Source of the DNA: an uncultured Bacteroidales bacterium
GTDB lineage: Bacteria > Bacteroidota > Bacteroidia > Bacteroidales > VadinHA17
DNA length: 64,000 nucleotides
Assembly (NCBI GenBank): GCA_963809855.1
Contig: CAWELF010000001.1
Coordinates: 1,245,980 to 1,309,979 of the forward strand
Direction: 5' to 3'
Every line of letters starts with the position of its first letter. Position 1 is the stretch's first letter. A program made the translations under genes and the position numbers. Under the pieces are notes generated by a model that did not search any database, was not told the origin of the DNA, and was given only the letters and a program-made list of their open reading frames with translations. This document shows positions 37,179 through 46,086 of this stretch, piece by piece.

Positions 37179-37402
37179 ATTCTTTTCTAATCCTGCAAAT
37201 AAGACCTGAAAAAATATCGTGCTGCTATATGAAATATTATGGGTATGTGTAATCAAGTGCGAGATACAATTGATTTTCAACCAGCTTATTTATTAGTATT
37301 AAAAGTCATGATTGCCGATACTAATAAATTAGATTATCTTTGAGCGCTTTCAGAAAAGGGGATATCTGAAAGCTAATTTATTAATTAGCTGAATAGAGTG
37401 CA

Positions 37403-38125
37403 ATGAAGACCTATATCAGAAGAAGGGAAAAGAACAAAGAACTTGTAGTATTTTATGGTGGCTGGGGTACCGACGAAAACGTATTTACTCCCCTTTGCAA
37501 TGACGAATTTGATTTTATCCTTTTTTATAATTATTCAGCTGACGAAGCGCTTGTATTACCTGAAATGAAGACCTATGAAAAAATTACACTCATAGGTTGG
37601 TCACTTGGAGTCTGGGCCGCTGAATATCTGTCATCCAAAACAGGAATTAAGCCTGATGTCACAATTGCAGTGAACGGAACACCGATGCCGGCCGATGATC
37701 AATATGGCATTCCTCTCAACGTATTTGAAGGAACACTGAATAACATTACGGATGAGAACATAGAGAAATTCTATCTTAGAATGTTCGGAGATAAAAAAAC
37801 TTATCAGACAAACATCGATCGTGTCCCTCACCGAACTCTTAAATCGCTTCATGATGAACTTCGATGGTTATATAACCGGATAATGGAGCAAAAAGAACCC
37901 GGGTTCAAATGGGATTACGCTGTTACGAGCAAGATAGACAGGGTATTTCCTTCAAGAAACCTTGATGGATATTGGGAAAAAGAAAAGAACACAAAACATA
38001 TAATTTTACAACTACCCCACTACTTTTTCCATAAGTGGGACTCTTTTACGGATTTTATTTCTTTCGTCGAAAACTATTCTGCAAAAAAACCGGGGAAAAC
38101 GGCCCGAAAAGTTAAAGGTCTTTGA
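37403..38125 (+). CDS. bioG: DUF452/BioG-family alpha/beta hydrolase (pimeloyl-ACP methyl ester esterase-like)
   Basis: VFYGGWG, GWSLGVWAA nucleophile elbow, AVNGTPMPADDQYGIP, DRVFP, PHY; TATCTTTG box at 37335-37342. Confidence 0.75.
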   Translation: MKTYIRRREKNKELVVFYGGWGTDENVFTPLCNDEFDFILFYNYSADEALVLPEMKTYEKITLIGWSLGVWAAEYLSSKTGIKPDVTIAVNGTPMPADDQYGIPLNVFEGTLNNITDENIEKFYLRMFGDKKTYQTNIDRVPHRTLKSLHDELRWLYNRIMEQKEPGFKWDYAVTSKIDRVFPSRNLDGYWEKEKNTKHIILQLPHYFFHKWDSFTDFISFVENYSAKKPGKTARKVKGL

Positions 38126-39449
38126 TAAGGATATTTGAATCAGATTTGGCTATCAGCTTATCAAATTTTTCCAGCATCCCTATAACCTTTTCATAATCCT
38201 TATTTTTAATCACCATGACTTGTTCTATACCTTTTTTGTCGAGACGGGAAAACACGTAACTAACAGTTAATCTGTTTATATCCATCGCTGGCTGATAAAG
38301 TCTTTCTTTATCCTCATTTACATGAATCATCGACACAAGATTCACACTGCTAAGATCCTGAAGTATGTCTCGTGCCAGTCTTATTGGAATCTTAAGTGTA
38401 GTAGCGATATACGCTGCACTGATTGGTTTTAATCCAAGGGAAAAGTTCCGAATAATCATATGCATAATCATGATTACCAGTGCGCGCTTCTGATAATTAC
38501 TAATATTTAAAGCCTCATATTCAAATTCGTAGCGGGAAATATTCTGATTTGCGAAAGTAAGTTCGGCTCCCAGTAAAACAACTGTCCAGCTACTTTGAAT
38601 CCAGATTATAAATAAAGGAACAGCTGCAAAACTGCCATAAATAGCATTCAACTTTGTAATTCCAAACTGAATGTCTATATATAACCATTGTAAAAACTGG
38701 AGAATTGTACCCGCGATTATACCTGAAATTATAGCAGGCATAAGCTTAACTTTGGCATTGGGCATCACAATGAAAAGTATTGAAAGTGAAATCCAGCTCA
38801 ATAAATATGGAGAAAACCTGAAAAGTAGACTTATAATAGGTTTAAAGAACTCAAGGATGGGAGCTCTGGAGATATAATCAGTAAGTTCAGTACTTATAAA
38901 AACAGTAAGACTACTTGAAAGTATTATTAAAACCGGAGCAATAAGCATTATTGTAATGTAATCGGTTAATTTCCGGTACCAGGGCCGGGCAAATCTGATT
39001 TGCCAAATGGTGTTGAATGAATTTTCAATGTGGTTAAGCAACGACATTACAGACCAGACGAGAACTACAATCCCCACCCCGGCAATGTAACCGCCCCTCG
39101 TCTCCTTTAAGGCATTTCTTGCATTTTGAAGCAACCAGTTCAAAACCTCCTGATGTGCCTGAAATTTTTCAGTTATCAACTGTTCCAGATTCTGGTCGAG
39201 GCTGAAACCTTTAGCAATTGCAAATGCGATTGCTGCAATGGGAACAACTGCCAGTATCGAATAAAAGGTAAGCGCTGACGCGCGAAGTTGCACTTTATCG
39301 TTTGAAAAACCTCTTGTAGCTAGAACAACAATTCTTATCTGTTTGAATAAGAATACTTTCCACTTCGATATTTCAGTAAGTGGCGTATGCCAGATTGCAT
39401 GATTAAAGCGTTTAATCAGATCCACTCCCCATTTAACAGGATTAGCCAT
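38112..39449 (-). CDS. YihY/virulence factor BrkB family membrane protein with C-terminal HTH
   Basis: ASALTFYSILAVVP, IENSFNTIW, YGSFAAVPLFIIW..SWTVVLLGAE; start at ATG 39449 (MANPV). Confidence 0.9.
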   Translation of the reverse strand: MANPVKWGVDLIKRFNHAIWHTPLTEISKWKVFLFKQIRIVVLATRGFSNDKVQLRASALTFYSILAVVPIAAIAFAIAKGFSLDQNLEQLITEKFQAHQEVLNWLLQNARNALKETRGGYIAGVGIVVLVWSVMSLLNHIENSFNTIWQIRFARPWYRKLTDYITIMLIAPVLIILSSSLTVFISTELTDYISRAPILEFFKPIISLLFRFSPYLLSWISLSILFIVMPNAKVKLMPAIISGIIAGTILQFLQWLYIDIQFGITKLNAIYGSFAAVPLFIIWIQSSWTVVLLGAELTFANQNISRYEFEYEALNISNYQKRALVIMIMHMIIRNFSLGLKPISAAYIATTLKIPIRLARDILQDLSSVNLVSMIHVNEDKERLYQPAMDINRLTVSYVFSRLDKKGIEQVMVIKNKDYEKVIGMLEKFDKLIAKSDSNILIKDL

Positions 39450-39574
39450 AACACTTAATTTAATAATAAACCAAAAACAACCGAAAGTACTCCAAAACTC
39501 AAATATAAGAAATCTCAAAGGGTGAATAATCGCGATAGACAAAAAATAACTAATTTCACTCTTAAAATATAATT

Positions 39575-40273
39575 ATGGATGTCAAAATTCTGGAATTTGC
39601 CGAAGGCGCCAGGAAAGCTGAAGGATTGGCTGTGATAATTGATGTTTTTCGTGCTTTTTCTGTAGCATGCTATGCTTTCGATGGAGGGGCATACAAATTG
39701 ATTGCAACTCAAACACCCGCCGACGCATTCTCTCTTAAAAAGACCTACAAAAACTCACTGCTCATAGGCGAAAGGGATGAGAAAAAAATTGAAGGTTTCG
39801 ACCTTGGTAACAGTCCTACCGAAATATTAAAAACCAATGTTGAAGGAAAAATAATAATTCAGACTACGACTTCCGGAACAAAAGGATTAACTAGCGCTAA
39901 AAACGCTGATATGATTATCACCGGTAGTCTTGTAAATTTAAGTGCAATTGTGCACTACATAAAATCCCTGAATCCAAAACTAGTCTCTCTGGTTGCTATG
40001 GGATACAGGGCAACACAATCTGCAGAAGAAGACATTTTATGTGCTGAATTAATATCGGATGGACTTAAAAACAAAATCGATATTTCTGATAAAAAGATTG
40101 CCAGCCTTCAGTATTCATCAGGCAAACGTTTCTTTGATTCAAAGAACATTGACTTTTCCCCTCCCTCAGATTTCTTTCTTTGTACAATGGTCAACAGGTT
40201 TGGCTTTGTGCTTAAAGCCATTGAGCGGATTGATGGCAATGTGGAACTTATCCGGATTGATATCCTGACATAA
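39575..40273 (+). CDS. comB: 2-phosphosulfolactate phosphatase family protein
   Basis: AVIIDVFRAFS, GER..GFDLGNSP, TTSGT, ED..CA motifs. Confidence 0.85.
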   Translation: MDVKILEFAEGARKAEGLAVIIDVFRAFSVACYAFDGGAYKLIATQTPADAFSLKKTYKNSLLIGERDEKKIEGFDLGNSPTEILKTNVEGKIIIQTTTSGTKGLTSAKNADMIITGSLVNLSAIVHYIKSLNPKLVSLVAMGYRATQSAEEDILCAELISDGLKNKIDISDKKIASLQYSSGKRFFDSKNIDFSPPSDFFLCTMVNRFGFVLKAIERIDGNVELIRIDILT

Positions 40274-40375
40274 TTTTGAACAAATAAAGCCGGGTATTAT
40301 CTTTGCGAATGGACTTAAATTAATTTAATTATATGTCACTTCGCAGTTTGAAATCATGATCAGTCTGCTGCTCAA

Positions 40376-41311
40376 TTAAAAAATAGGGAGAACATCTTTT
40401 CTTCCGTGAATTTCCCTGTAAGTGCAAAACATACTAAGCTTGTAGAAGCCAAACAATCTGAGAGAGATGTTCCCCGATTCAAGCCTTATCTCCATCCGGT
40501 CGCGGTAGCGTATGAACAGTCCGGCAAGTATCCTTGTTAACCTGAAAAACTTAAGAAAGTTATATACTCTGAGAATCTTTACTGTCTTCGAAAAAGCTTT
40601 TTTGTCTGTTACATTATCAAGAAGTTTGCTAAGGTTCTCTATTCCATACTTTGTCTTGGTAAGAAATTCTTTATTCGATTCCAGACCCTCGTGCATCAAA
40701 CCATTATCTATATGCAAAACACCAATTCCTGCTTTTTTTAGCTGGTAACCCATCAAAGTGTCTTCATGACCATATTGCTTGAGTTCTTCATTGAATCGGA
40801 TCTTTGAAAAGATAGTTTTATCAAAAATTACATTAAATGTCGAGAAGCTGGCATGAGGATGTTTATTCCTTTCCACAGCTTTTTTCTGTTCTCTTCGTAT
40901 CCCGTATTTCCACCTGAGGAGTTTATCCGGATCTCCGGGAGGACTTTCATGATATAACATTCCTCCACAGATTACTCGTGCAGATTTAAGCACCTTAAGC
41001 CACGCCAGCATATAAACTTCTGCTGTACCGGTCAACATCGTATCCGCATCGATAAATATAAGATAATCACCTGAAGCTTCCAGTGCAAGTCTGTTTCTTA
41101 TAGCTGCCCTCCCTATGTTTTTTTCAGAAATTACCAGTCTTACTCCTGGTCCCTCAAGTGACAGATATTTCTCCCTGTATTCTAAAGTTGAACCATCGTC
41201 TCCAATTAATATTTCGCAGAACTCCGGAACCTTTCCCATCGCACTTTTCATACTATGAACAAGTGCAACTATATCATAGTCACAAACAGGAATAAGCAAG
41301 GAGATTTTCAT
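40376..41311 (-). CDS. Glycosyltransferase family 2
   Basis: ISLLIP, DDGS, NIGRAAIRN, FIDAD, YGHED. Confidence 0.9.
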   Translation of the reverse strand: MKISLLIPVCDYDIVALVHSMKSAMGKVPEFCEILIGDDGSTLEYREKYLSLEGPGVRLVISEKNIGRAAIRNRLALEASGDYLIFIDADTMLTGTAEVYMLAWLKVLKSARVICGGMLYHESPPGDPDKLLRWKYGIRREQKKAVERNKHPHASFSTFNVIFDKTIFSKIRFNEELKQYGHEDTLMGYQLKKAGIGVLHIDNGLMHEGLESNKEFLTKTKYGIENLSKLLDNVTDKKAFSKTVKILRVYNFLKFFRLTRILAGLFIRYRDRMEIRLESGNISLRLFGFYKLSMFCTYREIHGRKDVLPIF

Positions 41312-41432
41312 TTTTCTTCAATGGTTTGTTAATCAAAAATACAATAATTTTAATTAATATATAGTTCTCATTCTTTGGCAAAGAAATTGCATTAACTAAA
41401 TTTGCAAATGTGTTTAAAAATCTGACATATAA

Positions 41433-42851
41433 ATGACAAAGACAATTCTTGCTTTATTCCTGGCATTGATCCCTTTATATTCACTTAGTCAGCAAAAAAG
41501 TGGTTACCAGATTGACGTTACCATTAATGGTTTACAGGATTCTACTCTGTTCCTTGCCTATCATCTGGGTGATAAACAGTATATTAAGGATACAATAAAG
41601 CTTAGCAGCACCGGCCATGGGAAATTTTCAGGGAAGGAGACCCTTCCTCAGGGCATTTACATGGTAGTACTCCCCGGTAGAAAATATTTTGAAATATTGA
41701 TCTCAACTGGCCAGTTCTTTGCACTTGACTGTTCATATACAGATTACTTTAATACTCTGAAATTCATTGGTTCAGAAGAAAATTCAGCATTTGTTGAATA
41801 TCAGAAAAAGTGGATGAGCCTGCAACAGCAAGCGGGTGCTCTCGCAAAAAGAATTCAGGATAACAAACAAAACAATGACTCATTGGCAATTCTGAACCCG
41901 CAGCAAAAGATTCAGGAAGATAATATGAAGGCATATCTTACGAGTGTGGTAAAGATGAATAATGGGAATCTGCTTGCCACCCTGGTAAAGGCTTTACTTC
42001 CTATCGAAGTACCTGAATTTAAGGTACCTGCCGGTGTTCAAAATCCCGATTCCGTAAAATGGGTACACAACTACAATTACAATAAAGATCATTTTTTTGA
42101 CAATGTAAGTCTGACAGATGAGAGACTTGTTCGGACGCCAATATTATATGCCAGGCTCAATACTTTCTTTACAAATGTTGTAATTCAGGCTCCTGACTCA
42201 ATTAACAGGGAAATTGATAAAATCATTAAAAAGTGCCAGGGCAACTACAAAGTATTTCAATTCGTTGCTGTATATCTCTTTAACCATTTCAGAGAAAGTG
42301 AAATTATGGGTCATGATGCTGTTATGGTTAAGCTTGCCGATGATATATATCTCTCAGGGAAAGCAGATTGGGTTACTAAAGAGTTTAAAGATGACCTTCG
42401 GAAACAGATCGATCTTATCCGTCCGAATCTGATAGGAAAGAAAGGGGAAGATCTTATTATGGATTCCTATAAGGGCATTTTTGTTTCGTTATATGATATT
42501 CAGAAGGAATTCACAATTCTTTATTTCTGGGAGCCCGACTGCGGACACTGCCAGGTAGAAACACCAAAGTTAAGAGACTATTACGAGAAGGCTAAAAATG
42601 AAGGTGTTGAAGTATTTGCCGTATGCACCACAGCCGATAAAGCTAAATGGTCTAAATATATAGAAGACAATAAGCTTACCTGGATAAATGGATGGGATCC
42701 AAAAAGAGCCTCGCACTTTGATTATTATTACAATGTGCAATCGACCCCAACGGTTTATATCCTTGATAAAAACAAAAAAATTATTGCCAAAAAGCTGGCT
42801 GTAGAAGACATTGGGTCTTATCTGGATAATTATAGAAAGAGCGTCAGGTAA
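41433..42851 (+). CDS. Exported thioredoxin-like/TlpA-type redoxin with N-terminal DUF domains
   Basis: Signal peptide; C-terminal FWEPDCGHC (CxxC), YNVQSTPTVYILD; TAAATTTG box at 41397-41404. Confidence 0.85.
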   Translation: MTKTILALFLALIPLYSLSQQKSGYQIDVTINGLQDSTLFLAYHLGDKQYIKDTIKLSSTGHGKFSGKETLPQGIYMVVLPGRKYFEILISTGQFFALDCSYTDYFNTLKFIGSEENSAFVEYQKKWMSLQQQAGALAKRIQDNKQNNDSLAILNPQQKIQEDNMKAYLTSVVKMNNGNLLATLVKALLPIEVPEFKVPAGVQNPDSVKWVHNYNYNKDHFFDNVSLTDERLVRTPILYARLNTFFTNVVIQAPDSINREIDKIIKKCQGNYKVFQFVAVYLFNHFRESEIMGHDAVMVKLADDIYLSGKADWVTKEFKDDLRKQIDLIRPNLIGKKGEDLIMDSYKGIFVSLYDIQKEFTILYFWEPDCGHCQVETPKLRDYYEKAKNEGVEVFAVCTTADKAKWSKYIEDNKLTWINGWDPKRASHFDYYYNVQSTPTVYILDKNKKIIAKKLAVEDIGSYLDNYRKSVR

Positions 42852-43854
42852 TCTTTCCCAGGCGGTTTACCAGATCATAAATAGAACCAAAATCGAAAGA
42901 TGAATCATCAGTTATCAGCTGCCAATTTGAATTATCAGCAGATGGTAGTATGATATAAGGTATAGATTTTACTGTTGAAACATAATATCCTGCCCTGTTA
43001 ACTGCTTTTTCTGTCCAGTGCCTTAATACCCCTTCTCCCTCGAGATAAATACTCTTCAACTCCTTGTTAAGGAAAGTAAAAGTACCATTCCCGGAATTGA
43101 ATTTCACTGTCTCCGAATCAAACAGGGTATTGAATGCACCCGTAATCATGAGATCCTCAGGAGCACCTTCAACTAAACTACTATTGTTTACCAACCAGAT
43201 TTTATCTGATTGATTTATTGCCATATTCAACTCGTGGGTAGAAAATATTATTGTCTTAGATTCTGTTAACGAGAGTGTTCGCATTAATTGAAGAATCTCA
43301 TATTTGCTGCCAATATCAAGAAATGCCAATGGCTCGTCCATAATCATGATTCCCGTATCCTGCGCCAGTATTCGTGCTATCATGGCTCTTTGTCGTTCGC
43401 CATCAGACAGTTCAGATATCAACCTGTTGGAGAAGCCCGACATACTTGTCATTGAAAGAGCATTCAAAATAATATCATGATTTTCTCTGTCTATCGTCCC
43501 AATCCAGTTTGTATGGGGAAATCGACCAAGTGCAACCAGCTCATATACAGTCATATTACTGACTTTAACGATTTCCGTAGAGATATAACCTACTTTCTGA
43601 GCCAGCCCTAGCCTTGAATATTCCTGAAGTTTTTTCCCTTTAAGATAAATACCTCCTCCCAATGCTGGTTGTAATCCGGCGAGCGTTCTTAGCAGGGTAC
43701 TCTTTCCTATTCCGTTTCTTCCGATTACTGCAATCAATTCTCCTGTTCGTGCAGTTGCAGAAAGTGGCGGAAGAAGGATATTCTTATTTCTCCCGGACTC
43801 ATATCCGATCTCTAAAGAACGAAGTGATAATATTTCGGATGAGTCGTTGTTCAT
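42844..43854 (-). CDS. btuD: Cobalamin/siderophore ABC transporter ATP-binding protein
   Basis: GRNGIGKST, LSDGERQR, MDEP..LD; in riboswitch-led operon. Confidence 0.85.
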   Translation of the reverse strand: MNNDSSEILSLRSLEIGYESGRNKNILLPPLSATARTGELIAVIGRNGIGKSTLLRTLAGLQPALGGGIYLKGKKLQEYSRLGLAQKVGYISTEIVKVSNMTVYELVALGRFPHTNWIGTIDRENHDIILNALSMTSMSGFSNRLISELSDGERQRAMIARILAQDTGIMIMDEPLAFLDIGSKYEILQLMRTLSLTESKTIIFSTHELNMAINQSDKIWLVNNSSLVEGAPEDLMITGAFNTLFDSETVKFNSGNGTFTFLNKELKSIYLEGEGVLRHWTEKAVNRAGYYVSTVKSIPYIILPSADNSNWQLITDDSSFDFGSIYDLVNRLGKIT

Positions 43855-43856
43855 TT

Positions 43857-44921
43857 TTATAATCCTGAATATCTCCTGTTGTGAAAAATAACCCAGATAA
43901 CAACAGGTATTCCAATAAGTGAAGTAACTGCATTTATTGGCAGTATCCTTTCAGTACCCGGAAGCTGGGAAATAACATCGCTTATAAGCATAACCAAACC
44001 TCCTGTCAGAATTGTACCTGGAATCAGAATCTTATGGTCCGATGTCCCAAAAAGAATCCGGGAAATATGAGGCACCGCTATTCCAATAAAACCTATCGGA
44101 CCGCAAAAAGCTGTTACACTTCCCGCCAATATACTCGTGCTTGTAAAGATTAAGATCCTGGAAACCTTAATATTCAATCCAATACTTGCTGCATAGTTCT
44201 CACCAAGCAATAAGGCATTAAGCATTTTTGAAGCAATCAGCGTGACAATTATTCCAATTGAAACCGATATCAAAAGGACTTTAAGTTGTCCTGATGTGAG
44301 GTTGCCAAGACTACCCATTGTCCAGACCACATACGCTTTCAGCAGAGATTCATTACTAAAATATTGCATTATTGTAACGAAAGCTGAAATACCACTCGAA
44401 AGCATAATTCCAATAATAAGAATCGTCATAATATCTTTCACCCGTGCCGATATAATCATTATCAGAATCATTACACTCCCCGCCCCGATCCAGGCTGAAG
44501 CTACCAGTACCCAATTACCTAATCCTTTTAAACCTTCTGGTGATACTGATGCAGAAAATCCAAGTATAACAAAAGCGACTCCAAGACTGGCTCCGGAACT
44601 TACACCCAGTACATCGGGACCGGCCATTGGGTTTCTGAATATTGTTTGCATCTGTAATCCACTCAACGATAATGCCATACCTACTACAAGAGCTGTAATT
44701 GCTTTTGGTAATCTGAATTTAAGTATGATCGTTGAAATGTTGTTGTCTGCATTTATAAAAATGGCTTTTAAGATCTCCGAAGCCTTTATGCTGACTGAGC
44801 CAAAAAACAGATCAACAAGGAAAAACGAAAAAATGAGAATTACGAGTCCGATAAAAATCAGATTTTTCCTCCTTGCAGAGTCCGGTACCTTTATTGTTTC
44901 GGGTTCTAAGTCTTTCCCCAT
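43857..44921 (-). CDS. btuC: FecCD/BtuC family ABC permease
   Basis: RLPKA, QTIFRNPMAGPDVLGVSSGA, GPIGFIGIAVPH. Confidence 0.88.
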   Translation of the reverse strand: MGKDLEPETIKVPDSARRKNLIFIGLVILIFSFFLVDLFFGSVSIKASEILKAIFINADNNISTIILKFRLPKAITALVVGMALSLSGLQMQTIFRNPMAGPDVLGVSSGASLGVAFVILGFSASVSPEGLKGLGNWVLVASAWIGAGSVMILIMIISARVKDIMTILIIGIMLSSGISAFVTIMQYFSNESLLKAYVVWTMGSLGNLTSGQLKVLLISVSIGIIVTLIASKMLNALLLGENYAASIGLNIKVSRILIFTSTSILAGSVTAFCGPIGFIGIAVPHISRILFGTSDHKILIPGTILTGGLVMLISDVISQLPGTERILPINAVTSLIGIPVVIWVIFHNRRYSGL

Positions 44922-44931
44922 ACATTATTGA

Positions 44932-46083
44932 TTAATAAATCTTTCTGTAATAATAAAGGACAGTATCCTTAAATAGTTCAGGATGAAGAATTGATGCGAT
45001 ATCTTTCAGCATCTGATGCGGGTAAACCGAACCAGATTCCCAGTAATCATTCCCACCCTTAATTGTGATTCTTTTGTTATTGTTATATAAATTACCTGCT
45101 TTAAAACATGGGAGTTCTGATAAACGTGTATCTATAATTGAGATTTCTTCTTTGGTCTTTGCAGTGCCTATATTAAGCCAATAATCTGCAGTTAAAGCTT
45201 TTAAATATACATTCTCTATTCCGTATGGCATCGAAAGAGATGATTCCGTATCTTTCCAGAGGTAATCTCCTCCGGCATCTGTAATCAGGTTACTTATATA
45301 AGAATTTCCCGGAGAAATATACCATGCATCTTTAAAAGGAAGGCCCAACAGAACTTTAGGCTTGAACGATATGTTATCGAGTATGAAAGATTTCAACTTA
45401 GCATATTTTTCTGCTTCGTCTTTGAATATACTGTCAGCAAGAGTCTCCCTACAGTAAAGAGCGCCAAACAGTTTTAGCCATTCTGCCTTGCCAAGCGGAT
45501 CTGTTTCAAGATAGTCGGCATCAAACATTACTTTTATGCCAAGCTCTTTTACTTTGTTTACATAACTCACTGATTCACTTCCTATTCCATACATCATTAT
45601 AAGATCAGGCGACATCTTAAGGATTAACTCACTATTCAGGCTTGCTTCGTATCCTACATCTTCTATCAAGCCAGTTTCAACATTCCGGAGAAGCTTATCA
45701 GAATAAATTAAGCCAGTACCTGAGAATCCTGAAATAGATTCCTCCTCTCCTAATGCTGATATCATAGCAAGATGTGTTGCCGACATGCAAACAATCTTCT
45801 TCAAAGGAACAAAAATAACTTCCGATGAATCCAGACCTGCGGGCAATGGGGTCCCGCGTTTAATAAGGAGGTAGACCTGGTTTATATTTGTGGCTCCCTG
45901 CCATGGATTAATTATCGTAACCCTGGTTAAACTATCGGTTAGCTGTATCGTTAATCTTTCTGCTTTTTGTATTTGTCCTCCGTTTTCAGTGATGGAATTG
46001 ACTGAATTGTTTACCTTCCTGCCTGTACACGACAAAGACAGAACAATAGAAATGAGAAGTACAAGATGTAGTAAAGCCTTCAT
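44932..46083 (-). CDS. btuF: Cobalamin ABC substrate-binding lipoprotein
   Basis: Lipobox SLSC, VPLKKIVCMS, YLETDPLGKAEW, NDYWESG. Confidence 0.85.
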   Translation of the reverse strand: MKALLHLVLLISIVLSLSCTGRKVNNSVNSITENGGQIQKAERLTIQLTDSLTRVTIINPWQGATNINQVYLLIKRGTPLPAGLDSSEVIFVPLKKIVCMSATHLAMISALGEEESISGFSGTGLIYSDKLLRNVETGLIEDVGYEASLNSELILKMSPDLIMMYGIGSESVSYVNKVKELGIKVMFDADYLETDPLGKAEWLKLFGALYCRETLADSIFKDEAEKYAKLKSFILDNISFKPKVLLGLPFKDAWYISPGNSYISNLITDAGGDYLWKDTESSLSMPYGIENVYLKALTADYWLNIGTAKTKEEISIIDTRLSELPCFKAGNLYNNNKRITIKGGNDYWESGSVYPHQMLKDIASILHPELFKDTVLYYYRKIY

Positions 46084-46086
46084 TTG

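Noticed and set aside
38112-38500. HTH fused to YihY as a novelty
   Set aside because: YihY proteins with a C-terminal winged-helix extension are a known architecture
39575-40273. Coenzyme M biosynthesis
   Set aside because: ComB-family phosphatases are widespread in bacteria; no comA/comC nearby
44242-44931. 229-aa + strand ORF
   Set aside because: Antisense shadow of btuC with no motifs; the same applies to 52450-52977, 53578-54081 and the other short overlapping ORFs
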